Shown: piece by piece, positions 14,610 to 27,252 of the stretch
How the letters are laid out: each line of letters opens with the position of its first letter
How positions within the stretch are numbered: the first letter of the stretch is position 1
From: Chiloscyllium plagiosum
Taxonomy: Eukaryota
Length of the DNA: 64,000 nucleotides
Assembly: GCF_004010195.1 (NCBI RefSeq)
Contig: NC_057719.1
Location: 30,641,619-30,705,618, forward strand
Direction: 5' to 3'
Notes under the pieces: generated by a model
The model's input: only the letters and a program-made list of their open reading frames with translations
Databases searched by the model: none
Told to the model about the DNA's origin: nothing
Position numbers and translations under genes: made by a program

Positions 14610-14830
14610 TTCCTGAATAAGGGTCCTGCCCGAAACGTCGATTTTCCTGCTCCTCGGGCGCTGCCTAACCTGCTGTGCTTTCCCAGCACCACTCTAATCT
14701 TGAAATTATTATCAGAGTTGAGCACTGGAGAACCAGAGTTGAGAGTGTGTTGCTGGAAAACACAGCAGGTCAGGCAGCATTCAAGGAGCAGGAAAATCGA
14801 CATTTTGGGCTGAAGCCCTTCATCAGGAAT
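14610..14830. mobile_element. Two opposite-orientation Penelope family-A terminal-repeat inserts
   Basis: 14610-14700 (+) and ~14733-14830 (-) both match the repeat; short direct flanks aaatta and cactggaga. Confidence 0.65.
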
Positions 14831-15029
14831 GAGCGCAGTAGATCACTGGAGAGCCAGTCAGGATATATGTACTATCAATAAAAATTAGCCCAGTCGGCAG
14901 CTTTGGACATTCATAGAGCAGTTGTCACCTCAATTGGCTACCTGTCATAATTACAGGTTAGTACACAGAAATATCAAAGCTGTTTTTCAGCACATGTGGC
15001 CAATCAGGAAGATGCTTTGCTTTATGTGT

Positions 15030-16401
15030 TGGAAATCATGTCTCACTAACTTGTACAATTTTTTGAGGAAGTGACAAAGAAGATTGATCAAGGAAGAGCA
15101 CTAGATGTTGTCTATTTGGACTTCAGAAAGCTGTTCAGCGAGGTTCTGCAAGGTAGACCAGTTAGCAAGGTTAGATCGCATGGAACTGGAAATGTGTTGC
15201 TGGAAAAGCGCAGCAGGTCAGGCAGCATCCAGGGAACAGCCGAAACGTCGATTCTCCTGTTCCCTGGATGCTGCCTGACCTGCTGCGCTTTTCCAGCAAC
15301 ACATTTCCAGCTCTGATCTCCAGCATCTGCAGACCTCACTTTCTCCTCATAGATCGCATGGAATCCAGGGGGAGCTAGCCAACTGAATACAAAATTAGCT
15401 TGAAGGTTGGAGACAGAGAGTGGAAGTGGAGGGGTGTTTTTCAGACTGGATGCCTGTGACCAGTGATGTGCCACAAGGATTGGTTAAATGAAAAATTAAT
15501 TATTTTTAAAACTGATTTAATGTGAATATAGGAGATATGATTAGTGAGTTTTCAGATGACACCAAAATTACTTATGTAGTGGACAGTAAAGAAGGTTATC
15601 TTGGTTACAACAGAACCTTGATCGGATGGGCCAATGGACCGAGGAGTGACAGATGGAGTATAATTTCGATAAATGTGAGGTGTTGCATTTTGCAAAGCAA
15701 GGTTAAGGCAGAACTTATACAATTAATGGGGGGGCCCTGGGGAATATTGTTGAACAAAGAGACCTAGGGGGTGGGTGCATAGATCCTTGGAAGTGGAGTT
15801 GTGGGTAGACAGGGTGGTAACGAAGGTATCTGGCACACTTGCATTGAGTACAGGATATCATGTATAGGACATTGGTGAGGCCAGTTTTGGAATACTGTGT
15901 TCAATTCTGGTCTCCCTGCTATTGGAAAGACATTGTTGAACTTGAAATGGTTCAGGAAAGATTTACAATGATGTTGCCAGGATTTGTCTAGAAGGACAGG
16001 CTGAATATGTTGGGGTTCTTTTCCCTGGAATATCAGAGGTGCAGCAGTGATGTTAAAGAGGTTTATAAAATAATGAGGGGCATGCATAGGTGAGTATCCA
16101 AGTTTTTTTTTCCCAGTGTAGGGGAGTCCAAAGCTAGAGGATATAGGTTTAAGGTGAGAGAGGAAAGACTTAAAAGGGACCTGAGGGGTAGCTTTTTCAC
16201 AGAGAGGGGGTGTGCGTTGAGCTGCAGAGGAAGTGGCGGAGGTGGGAACAATTATGACATTTAAAAGGCACCTGGATGGGTTCATGAATGGGAAGGGTTC
16301 AAATGCTGGGAAATGTGACTAGATCGGTTTAGGGTATCTGGTCAACATGGCTGATTTGCACCGAAAGGTCTGTCTTCCTATTGCACAACTCTATGACTCT
16401 A
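15030..16401 (+). mobile_element. CR1-clade LINE RT/3' fragment
   Basis: KSCLTNL-like, VVYLDFRK, SEFSDDTKI motifs; 3' end ...ctctatgactcta. Confidence 0.8.
15186..15349. mobile_element. Fold-back Penelope family-A insert within CR1
   Basis: Perfect 14-bp TSD tagatcgcatggaa (15172-15185 / 15350-15363); inverted arms. Confidence 0.8.
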
Positions 16402-17095
16402 CGATTGAGTGTTTTTATTTGTGTGTCTTTAAAAAGTGAGGAATTAACTGTTTTAAGAAGTAACTGTTTTAAAACCAGTGTTTGAAAAAGTTGCTGGAGT
16501 TTTGAAAGCAAGTGATCTGATATTCATGGCAGGCATGTCAACAGCTGTTTGAATAAGTATTAATTGAAGTTTGAATTGTACACGATATGGAGCCAAGTAT
16601 GAGTACTGATGCAGTTCTTATTTGCAGTAAGAAATTGATTGGTCTGTGGACTAGTGGCAGTAAAGACTGACAGAGACCTTTGCTTGCCAGCAACTGTTTG
16701 ATTGGACGATTGGACCTCAGGCATCTGAGCAGCTTGGAGCAGAAATCAAGTTACAGAGACAGAAACAGAGACAAAGAAGTGTGCCGATCTTTTTCCAGCC
16801 CAGAACTAACTGCCTGTTCTCTGCAGTCAGAACTCAGTTCAAACCTGAGAAAAAAACAATTACCTTTCCTGCGACCAAAAGTGCTGAAGATCACAGCAGG
16901 TCAGGCAGCATCCATGCTGAGTAACGTTTAGAGTCTAAATGATCTTCATTACTTCATCTAGACTCGAAATATTAATTTGCCTTCTTTTCATGGATGCTGC
17001 CTGACCCGCTGTGATCTCTAGCATTCTTTTTGTTTTCAGTTCAGATTTGAGGTGGGTTCTTTATGCAGAGAGTTGTGAGAACATGGAATGCATTG

Positions 17096-17409
17096 ATTAG
17101 ATTAGATTACTTACAGTGTGGAAACAGGCCCTTCGGCCCAACCCGTCCACACCGACCCGCCGAAGCGCAACCCACCCATACCCCTATATTTACCCTTTTA
17201 CCTAACACTACGGGCAATTTAGCATGGCCAATTCACCTGACTTGCACATCTTTGGACTGTGGGAGGAAACCGGAGCACCCGGAGGAAACCCACGCAGACA
17301 CGGGGAGAATGTGCAAACTCCACACAGTCAGTCACCTGAGTCGGGAATTGAACCCGGGTCTCTGGTGCTATGAGGCAGCAGTGCTAACCACTGTGCCACC
17401 GTGCCGCCC
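17096..17409 (-). mobile_element. HE1-type V-SINE, young copy, inserted in a CR1 3' fragment (~17040-17593)
   Basis: Near-identical to 5892-6206 and 59441-59754. Confidence 0.88.
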
Positions 17410-18919
17410 ACCAATTGCCAGCAGCAGTTGTGGAAGCGAGGTCATTGGGGATATTTAAGAGACTGCTGGACATGCATATGGTCACAGAAATTTGAGGGTT
17501 CGTACATTAGGTTTACCTTACACAAGGATCAATGGTCGGCACAACATCGTGGGCTGAAGGGCCCGTTCTGTGCTGTACTGTTCTATGTTCTATTCAAGCA
17601 TTTGCAATTATTTGCTCCTACTTTGCCTGTAACAGTTGTTGTAAACTATGACAGTTGAAATGATAAATCAGATGTTTGTGAAGTGAATGAATTACTCTGT
17701 AATTCCTAAAAACTTATGGAAGCATGAAGAAAAAGTGAACAATAAGGAGTTTGGACAGCTAAAAAAAAGTACCATTTCAACATGTGAACCGGAAAGTAAA
17801 AACCACAGAACTGATCTTTCAGGATTTTTTTAACTTCTGTCGGTAATCTACTTACGAGTGTGTGTGTATGTGTGTGAGAGAGAGAGAGACAGAAAGAGTT
17901 TAGCAGGGGATTAGAATTTTAGTCTGTAGTCTCATGTGTGAATGGTATATAATTGTTTACCTGTAGCTATACTTTAATTACTTATAATAAATACTAATTA
18001 TTGTTCAGGACAGGAACAATTACTTTTAATAAATAATAATTGATCCATGCTTTCTACATTGGTCTAAAAGTCAAGTAAATTGGAGTACTGTTTGCACTTT
18101 TTAAAAAGAAATTAACATTTGGTGCAACTTCAGGAATAGTGGATCTCAATTTACGATGGGCTATCCTAGTAGATTTTAACAGTGTGAACTCACCATTTGG
18201 ACAGACCACAGATCAGCCATTGGTCCCAAAGATTCACAGCTCCTCTACAATGGAATTGGAACAACAGATACTACCACATCAACAAGTGACACAGGAAAAA
18301 CATATTCTGGAAGGGGAATAACATTCAAATAAACAGCCAATGACAACGCACATGTGACAATCAGAGATTTAAAGATGATATGTGCATTGCACATGCAGAG
18401 GCCAATGGGAATAACAAAATAGTAATGCATGCAAACAGTTATGTGCGTAATATGTAAGTTAGGTCACTCACAATGTAAATGTTTTTTATTCTTTCTGTAT
18501 GAGTGGAGAGATGTTTAGATTCAATAGTATACCAATTTGCTTCCTGGTTTGCCATGGTCATATAACCTCTACTATGACGCACTGATTGCATCCAATTTAC
18601 TGTTAGTTGAATAAAGACAATGTAGAAGCCATACTCTGATCCGTGAGCTTGTAACAGACTAGATTATGTATTAAATACAAGGACATGCCTTATGCAATGC
18701 TAAGTCTCATCCTGAGAATTCACACAGTGTTAGGAGTTCAGGGTAAGGATGAAAATATGCTGATCACTTAATCCTGCCAGAAACAGCAAGAAGCAAGTGC
18801 AGCTGCATATATACAGTAAAAAAAAACTTTGTTAAATATGTTACATAACTGCTGAACTTGCTCAGAAAAGTGTTCATAAAGTTACTCTACACATACTCAG
18901 CTGATGCAAATCTGTTGTG

Positions 18920-19153
18920 TGTGTGATGTTGATGGAGAGTAAATATTGCCCAGGACAACACAGATACATCCTCTGCTATTTGAAATCAGGAAGAAGCTTC
19001 AGTTGAATGTCTCATCCAAAAGTCAGCATTCTGTCAGTGTAGGGCACCCTCAGTATTGCATTGGAGTGTTATGCACCCAAGCCCTAGAGTGTGACTTTCA
19101 ACCTGTACCTTGGGATTCAGAGGTGAGAATGATACCAGTTCAGCTACAGTTGA
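18920..19153 (-). mobile_element. DeuSINE-like SINE remnant
   Basis: Reverse Deu core (cagttgaatgtctcatccaaaag...ccctcagtattgcattggagtgt) followed by reverse tRNA-like head. Confidence 0.5.
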
Positions 19154-19291
19154 ATTGGATTGTAGGAAAGACAAAGAAGTACAAGTGCATTTAGGAAGAG
19201 CAATATTATGGCACAAAAATAGCAGAAAATGCTTCTCCCCAATTTTTTTGTCACAAAATGTTGATGGTTCTGACACGCAACAAAATAGGAC

Positions 19292-20750
19292 CATAAGAAA
19301 TAGGAATAGAAATACGCTACTTGGACCTTCAATCCTACTGCTCCATTTAGTAAGATCATGGATGAACCAACATTCTTCATGTCCCTGTAACCCTTGATTC
19401 CCTTACTGATGAAGAAATGATCTACCTCATCCTGTCAAGCGCCTTTAGAATCCTATAAGTTTCAATGGGGTCACTTCTCATTTTTCTAAACTCCAGCAAG
19501 TAGAGTCCCAACCTGTTCAGCCTTTGATCACAAGACAATCTCTCCATACTAGGAATCATCCCATTGAACCTTCTCTGAACTGCCTCCAATGAAATATATA
19601 TTTCTGAAAATAAGGGGTCCAAAACTACTCACAGTGCTGCAGATGTGGTCTTACCAGAATCTCATACTGTTGAAGGAAGACCTCCCACTCTAATACTCCA
19701 ACCCCCTTTAAAGAGCCAACATTCCTTTAGCTTTCCTGATTACGTATTGTACCTGTGTGTCAGCTTTCTGTCCTTTGTGCACAAGTACTCCCAAGTTCCT
19801 TTGCGTTGCAGTGCATTGCAGCTTATTTCCATTTATATGTTACCCTGTTCTTTTGTCCTTCCTTCCAAAATAAACAGTTTCACATGTTGTATTGCATTTG
19901 CTAACTTTTGTCCACTTATGGAATCTAGCAATATCTCTCTACAAATTATTTGCATTCCTGTCACAACTTGTCTTTCTACTTTGTTTTGTGTTGTCTGCAA
20001 ATTTAGTTACAGTTCATATGCCTTCTTCCTCCAAATCATTAATATATATTGTAAACGGTTGTGGTCCCAGCACTGTCCCTTGTGGAACCCCAATGGTTAC
20101 AGGTTGCCAACCTGAAAAAGAGTTCCTGATCCCCATTCATGGTTTTCTGCCCATTAGCCATTTTTCTATCTGCCAATATACTACCTCTAATATCATGGTT
20201 TCTTATCATATGACTTAACCTTCTGTGAGGTATGTTGTTGAGTGCCTTGTGGAAGTCCAAATACAACATAACTACTATCCATCTGTCTGAGGCTTCCTCA
20301 AAAAAACCGCTAATAAATGTCAGCTTTCATGAAGTCAAGCTGACACTGCTTGTTTAGGTTATGATTTTCCAAATGTAGTGCTATTACTTCCTTAATAATT
20401 GATTCCAATACTTTTCCAACAATGGATGTTTCTATTGGCATATAATTGGCATATAGTTACCCACATTTTGCCTCCCTCCCTTTTTGAATGGGGGTGTCAC
20501 ATTGGTAGTATTCCAGCTCTCCAGTTCTCCTCCAGAATTCAAAGAGTTTTGGAAAATTACAACCACTGTATGTACTATTTTTATAGCTGCTTCTTTTAGG
20601 ATCCTAGGATACAAGCCATCAGAGTCAGTGGACTTATTTACCTTTAGTCCAATTAGTTTGTCTAATATTACTTCTCCAGTGATGTTGATGTACTTAATTC
20701 TTCCCCTGATTTCTTTAATATTGATGGGATTTTTGAAGTATCATCCACCA
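19292..20750 (-). mobile_element. CR1-clade LINE ORF2 fragment
   Basis: ORFs: MYPRILKEAA..NVTPPFKKGGRQNVGNYMPI; LYLDFHKA; EAVQRRF..QRLNRLGLYLLEFRKMRSDPIETYRIL. Confidence 0.8.
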
Positions 20751-21537
20751 TAGAAACAATTTAAAATATATGTTTAACATGGGATGAGGTTTCACCCACA
20801 ACAACAATAATATGTTTTGCACAAAAATTAAATGAGTGTTTGAAAATAAATATTATGAAGGATAGTGGGGAAAGCTGGAAAAGGGATTAAAGTGAATAAG
20901 TCACTCAAGAGGTAGCATTGGCACAGGCATGAAGTGTCAAATGGCCATTTTCAGTGTTGTAATTTGTGTAATTTGTTATTAGGAATGAGATAGAGGTTGT
21001 ATTTGCATGCCAACTGTAATGCCAGAACCAAATACTTTATGGTTTAAACCTAATTATAATGCAGTCATCATCTAATGTCAATGGAAGGATGCCAACAATG
21101 GAAAGCAGAGCCAAATCTAGGGTTAGATTGGAATGAAATATTCAAGAGAAGGATCTTACACTGCTTTGTTTAAAAATCATATCCATCCATAACCCTTGAA
21201 TTGTCAGATATGGGTGTGGTTTTCCACATTTCCGCATGAGTCGATAATCCTGTATCTGTTCACCTCAGCAAAATGGCAGGCTGATGAGCAGCAAACCTCA
21301 GTCCACTAGTTTAATTTATCGCCATTATAGATATATAGTGAAATGCAATTATTTCAATTAATTCAAGTACTAGATCAAAAATAAGTTTGATAATATATTA
21401 ATACGCAAGCTTCAATATAGCAAAGGGTATGATTTCTAAAAAAAATTTCATTGAAATTAAATGAAGAATTTAGTGTGTATAATACATGTACACATTCATG
21501 TGAATACTTTAGCCCATAGTTATTCCATTCAAGCACC

Positions 21538-21970
21538 TAAAGTGCTCTGCTAGGAGGTGTCCAGTCTCCCCAATGTAGAGGAGACCGCATCGGGAGCAAC
21601 GGATACAATAAATGATATTGATGGATGTGCAGGTAAAACTTTGGTGGATGTGAAAGGCTCCTTTAGGGCCTTGGATGGAGGTGAGGAAGGAGGTGTGGGC
21701 GCAGATTTTGCAATTCCTGCGGAGGCAGGGAAAGGTGCCAGGACGGGAGGTGGGTTGCAGGGGAGGCGTGGACCTGACCAGGTAGTCACAGAGGGAACGG
21801 TCTTTGTGGAAGGTGGAAAGGGCTGGGGAGGGAAATATATCCCTGGTGGTGGGGTCCGTTTGGAGGTGGCAGAAATGTCGGCGGATGATTTGGTTTATGT
21901 GTAGGGTGGAAGGTGAGCACCAGGGGCATTCTGTCCTTGTTACGGTTGGAGGGGTGGGGTCTAGCAGAGG
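21538..21970 (-). mobile_element. Penelope-like (Neptune-type) GIY-YIG endonuclease fragment
   Basis: PGTFPCLRRNCKICAH...FTCTSINIIYCIRCSRCGLLYIGETG: Cys-rich linker plus IIY..YIG motif. Confidence 0.85.
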
Positions 21971-22259
21971 CATTGAGTTTTAGGAAGGAGGGTGATTATG
22001 CTCAAACTGTGTAAAATGTTGGTTAGACCACATTTAGAGTATTGTGTGCAGTTCTGGGATCCACATTATAGGAGGGATGTGATTTCACTGGAGAGGGTGC
22101 TGAGAAAATTTATTGGGACATGTACATGGACAAAATCTTAGACATCTACAGCATAGAAAAATGCCCTTTGGCTCATTGATTCTGTGCCAGTCAAAAATAG
22201 CTACTTAACTATTAGAAATTGCAGGAGAAATTCAGCAGGTTGAGCAGCATCAGTGGAAA

Positions 22260-22406
22260 CAGTGAGGTCTGCAGATGCTGGAGATCAGTGTTGAGAGTGT
22301 GTTGCTGGAAAAGCACAGCAGGTCAGGCAGCATCCGAGGAGCAGGAAAATTGACGTTTTGGGCCAGAGCCCTTCATCAGGAATGGTGTGTTCCAGCAACA
22401 CACTCC
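22260..22406. mobile_element. Penelope family-A terminal-repeat insert with short inverted arm
   Basis: 15-bp TSD cagcatcagtggaaa (22245-22259 / 22407-22421). Confidence 0.75.
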
Positions 22407-23299
22407 CAGCATCAGTGGAAAACAAAGGTAGCTAATGTTTTGAGTACAGTGACCCTACTTCTTTCTGTCTACCCTGTCTATGCCCATCATAATTTATACA
22501 TCTCAATCATGATCCTCTGCTCTAAGGAAAGCAACCTTAGTCTATCCAATCTGTCTTCATTACTAAAACTCTCCAGTTCAGGGAACATCCCAATAAATCT
22601 TATCTTGCTTAGTCTAACATTACCATTAAGTCAGAAACTAACCCTTATTCATTGATGAATATATGAGAGCAAACCAGGAGAACACCGGGGATACCAAAGA
22701 ATGAAGTGCCAGTCTGGTGAAGCAAAACGTAGGGCTAATGGTGAAAGTGGCATGCTATTAATAGAGCTAAGTGATCCCAAAAGTAATGGACCAGATCAAA
22801 ACTTTGTAATCCTAAACCTTTAATTGTTAAATTTGATGAACAGTTAAACAACTAACATGTGGAGGCCCAGCATGTAAGTCCAAATGACAAGGCCAAAGCA
22901 TTTATACCCATTTTCAATCAAAGGTACCAAGTTGACAAAGGTACTAAGTCTGACGAAACTTTGCAAATCTGACTCTGGTGTTCTGATGAAGAGTCACCAG
23001 ACATGAAATATTAACTCTGATTTCACCTCAAAGATGCTGCTAGATCTTCTGAGTTCCACCAGCAAATTCTGCAGTTGTTTCAGATGTCCAGCAGCCACTG
23101 TTCTTTGTTATATGTTATTGAGCTGACAATCCATCTTAATCTCCTCATGTGTTCCCCACCAGCACAGATGCTAGTCTTTATCCAATTATGTTTCTGGATT
23201 ACAAGTGGTGTAAATTGAATTGAATAAAGATTGGCATCTTTGCTGGTGAGGAACTCATGAGGAGGTTACAGCTATTTCTGCTTAGCATTCTGGATACAG

Positions 23300-26200
23300 C
23301 AATGACTATGACACTGGCAATAACCAGCTATAGTATTGAAAACTTGTGAATGGGTCTTTGCCAATGCTATCACGTGGCACTAACTCATGAATGACTTACT
23401 GACCAATGCTGAGATGATTTTCATCCAGACCAATCAACTCATTAAAACCCTGATCCAAATACTGAGTCACTGCTCTTGAATTCAAGGTGGTATTTGGCAA
23501 ATGTTAAAGGAGTCCTATTAAAATTGAAGCTAATAGGAATGTGGGGGAGAACTTTACCTAGCATAAAGGAAAATGTTTCTAGGTATTGCAGATCACAATC
23601 TCAGCCCCAGGGCAACTTTCTAAGAGTTCCTCGGTGTAGTGCCTCAGTGTTAAGCTGCTTCTTTCAACATAAAGTGACAAATCACTGATGATTGCACTAT
23701 ATTTAGTTCCATTTGCAACTCATATAATGAAACAGTCAATGAACATATGAAAAGTTTGGCCTTATTGAGTTTGGAGTGAAATGTCTCATATAATATTTGC
23801 ACCAAGATGTGCCTAGTGATGATTACCTTCAACAAGAGACTATCCAATCCCACTTCTCCTCCATATTCAATTGCATTATCAACACTGATTCTCCCACTTC
23901 TAGGTTCTTGAGTTTCACCAATGATCAGTAATTTAACAGGTTTAACCATATAAATAATGTGGCTACTTTGAAGCTAGTTATTCTGTGATACCTCATCCAG
24001 TGACTCTTTTAACCTTTTCTAAGAAAGCACAAATCAGGAGTGTTATGGATTAATACTCAAACTGCCTGGATCAGTGAAGCTCAAACCACATGCAAGAATC
24101 TCAACACTATCCAGGTCAAAGAAACCTGCTTAATTTGTACTACCTTGTCATTGATTCACTCCACCACCATCACCCAGGGACTGCAATGCATGCTATCTAG
24201 CAAGATAAAGCAATGCACCAATGCTTCTTTAAAGACATTTTCCAAATCAATTGCTTCTATCATCCAGAAGGAAAAGGGCAGCCTGTGTCTGAAACACCAC
24301 CACCTGTAACTTCCCCTCAAATTTATTATCATCCAAATACGAACATGGGAACAGGAGTAAACCATTCAGACCCTTGAGCCTGTTACACCATTCAGTTAGA
24401 TAATAGCTGATCTGTGGCATAACTCCATTTACCTGCTTTTGCCCCATATCCCGTCATATCTCATTTGATAAAAAAAATCTAACTCAGATTTAAAATTAAC
24501 AATAGATCCAATATTTGGTTCCATTTGTGGATGAATGTTCCAAACATCCACCATCCTTCATGTGTAGAAGTACTTCCGAACATTTCTCCTGTGTGGGCTG
24601 ACACTAATTCTCAGACTATAACCTTTAGTTCCAGAATCCCCTATTGGTGGGAATACTTTATCTTTAACTACCCTGTCTTTTCCTGTTAATATCTTGAAGA
24701 CTTTGATCATATCCACCCCTTAACCTTTTAAGCAAGTGCTGGTTGACAGTACATTTTTAATGATGATCCCTTTTGTAATTGAGAGTAGACTGATTCGGTA
24801 TTAATTGGCCTGGTTGCATTGATGCTTCTTTTTCTCTACAGGATATATTTAAGCAATTTTCTACATTGTCAGATAGATTCCAGTGTCATAGCTGTGCTAG
24901 AGCCATGGCAACTTCTAGAGCACAAGCCTTCAGTTCTATTGCTCAAAGATTGTTAGTACCCATAGCCTTTCCAGCATCTAGTGCCTTTGGCTGTTTCTTG
25001 ATTTCACATACAATAAATTGTAATTTCTGGATACTGGTGTCTGTTATGCTGGGAACATCTGGAGGAGATAGAGATGGATCATCCATTTCGCACTTCTGGC
25101 TGAAGAATGTCACAAATGATTCAGCCTTAGTATTTGTACTGTTGAAAATGTGTTGCTGGAAAAGTGCAGCATCCAAGGAACAGGAGAATTGACGTTTCGG
25201 GCATAAGCCCTGGGCTCCCCAATCATTGGGGATTGGAATATTTGTGAAGCCTTCATTAGTAAGTTGTTTCATCATCCATCACAATTCATGTGTAGTTGCT
25301 ACTTGTGCTGTTTGGTATTCAAGTGTTCCTGTGTTGTACGGGGTCCTGTTATAGCTTCAGTTGATTGTCACCTCATTTTTAGATATGCCTGTTGCTGATC
25401 CGGGCATGTCTTCCTTCACTTTTCATCGAAGCAAAGGTGATCGCCTGGCTTGTTGGTTGTGGTAGAGTGGTGGATATGCCAACCCTATCAGGTTTCAGAT
25501 CATGTTTGAATGCAATTCCACAGGTTTTGATGGTCCACAACACTGAATGGATGTCCAAACTTGAGTTGCTAAATTTATTTGAAGTTTATTCCAGTTAGCA
25601 TAGCTGTTGTTCCACACAAAATGATAGAGGGTATTTTCAATGTGAAGACTGGAGGGGATTGAATGAGGTTTCCTTGTCTATCTTTGACCTGATGCCATGA
25701 GACTTCACATGGTCTAGGATCAATGTTGAGGGCTCCCAGGTTATTCCTTCTTGCATCACTGAACTGGCATGGCTGCTGCATCAGTCCTGCACACCAATAG
25801 TATTGCCTGGGACATTCTCTGTGAGTGTGTGTGTAAGGTTGTTGCTTGACTAGTTTGTGAGGCAGCTCTCCATATTTTCGTACTGACTCCTCAGATGAAC
25901 TTTGCAGGGTCAATATTACCATTTCTGGTGATTAGGTTGATGCCATCTGCCCAGGTTCATTTCTGTTATGATATGATTGAGTAGTTTATTAGGCCATTTC
26001 AGAGGGTGACTAAGAGTCAACCACTTTACTGTGTATGTGGAGTCACATGTAGACCAAACCAGGTCCATGGAGATGGATCATCCACTTGGCACTTCTGGCT
26101 GAAGATTGTCACAAATGATTCAGCCTTAGTATTTGTACTGTTGCACTGGGCTCCCCAATCATTGGGGATTGGAATATTTGTGAAGCCTTCTCTAGTAAGT

Positions 26201-26600
26201 TGTTTCATCATCCATCACAATTCATGTGTAGTTGCTACTTGTGCTGTTTGGTATTCCTGTGTTGTACGGGGTCCTGTTATAGCTTCAGTTGATTGACACC
26301 TCAATTGTGGGCCATCAAAACCAGTAGAATTGCTTTCAAACATGATCTGAAACCTGATAGGGTTGGCATATCTACCACTCTACCATAACCAACAAGCCAG
26401 GAGATCACCTTTGCTTCAATGAAAAGTGAAGGTAGATTTCCTTCCATAAAGATCATTCATGAAAGGTAAGAGGTTTTTTTTACAATAATTGTTTTTCCTA
26501 AAACTCAAGTTAATCATTTGCAGTGGGATACAAACTGAGTTCTCAAAGTATTGTTCTGGATTATTAGGCCAGAAACAATATCTCTATGCTATCCCTTGCC
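23300..26600. mobile_element. Old CR1/L2-group LINE fragments in mixed orientation
   Basis: RT-like remnants on + (23480-24330) and - (24735-26600, KALDAGKAMGTNNL); related sequence at 33785-35520 and 9830-10200. Confidence 0.5.
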
Positions 26601-26882
26601 CTGGTGGTTATGGTGGCTGAAATAAAGTTTTGTACATCTGTAAGACAAGATTGTTGGAACAGCAAATGTTGTTTTCAAGTTGTATTGCTAGAACAATACA
26701 GAAACTAAAATTGATACAGGAAGCAGCACATTTAAGGAATTATGTTGAGGTTTGGTGCATGAAGCTATTGGTTCATTGACATAAGATTGACATAAATCCT
26801 AAGAAAGGTATGCTGTACTTTGAAAAAAAACTTTGCAGGAATCTTCATGCAACCCAGTGGCTACTGCCACATTATATTAGCA

Positions 26883-27252
26883 AGGCAAAAGTGAGGACTG
26901 CAGATGCTGGAAACCAGAGTTTAGATCAGAGTGGTGCTGGAAAAGCACAGCAGGTCAGGCAGCATCCGAGGAGCTGGAAAATCGACATTCGGGCAAAAAC
27001 AATTACTGCAGATGCTGGAAACCAGATTCTGGATCAGTGGTGCTGGAAGAGCACAGCAATTTAGGAGCATCCGAGGACAGGCCTCAGATGGTGCCTAAAT
27101 TGCTGTGCTCTTCCAGCACCACTGATCCAGAATCCAGTTTCGGGCAAAAGCCCTACATCAGGAATTTGAAGGGCTTTTGCCCGAAACGTCGATTTTCCTG
27201 CTCCTCGGATGCTGCCTGACCTGCTGTGCTTTTCCAGCACACTCTAGTCTAA
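26883..27252. mobile_element. Nested fold-back Penelope-type inserts
   Basis: Outer TSD acattatattagca / acattatgttagca (26869-26882 / 27253-27266); inner palindrome ~26999-27138 flanked by ttcgggcaaaa. Confidence 0.75.

Noticed and set aside
16410..18175. Possible ERV-like LTR pieces around the CR1/SINE inserts
   Set aside because: Could not define termini, TSD or a second copy in the window.
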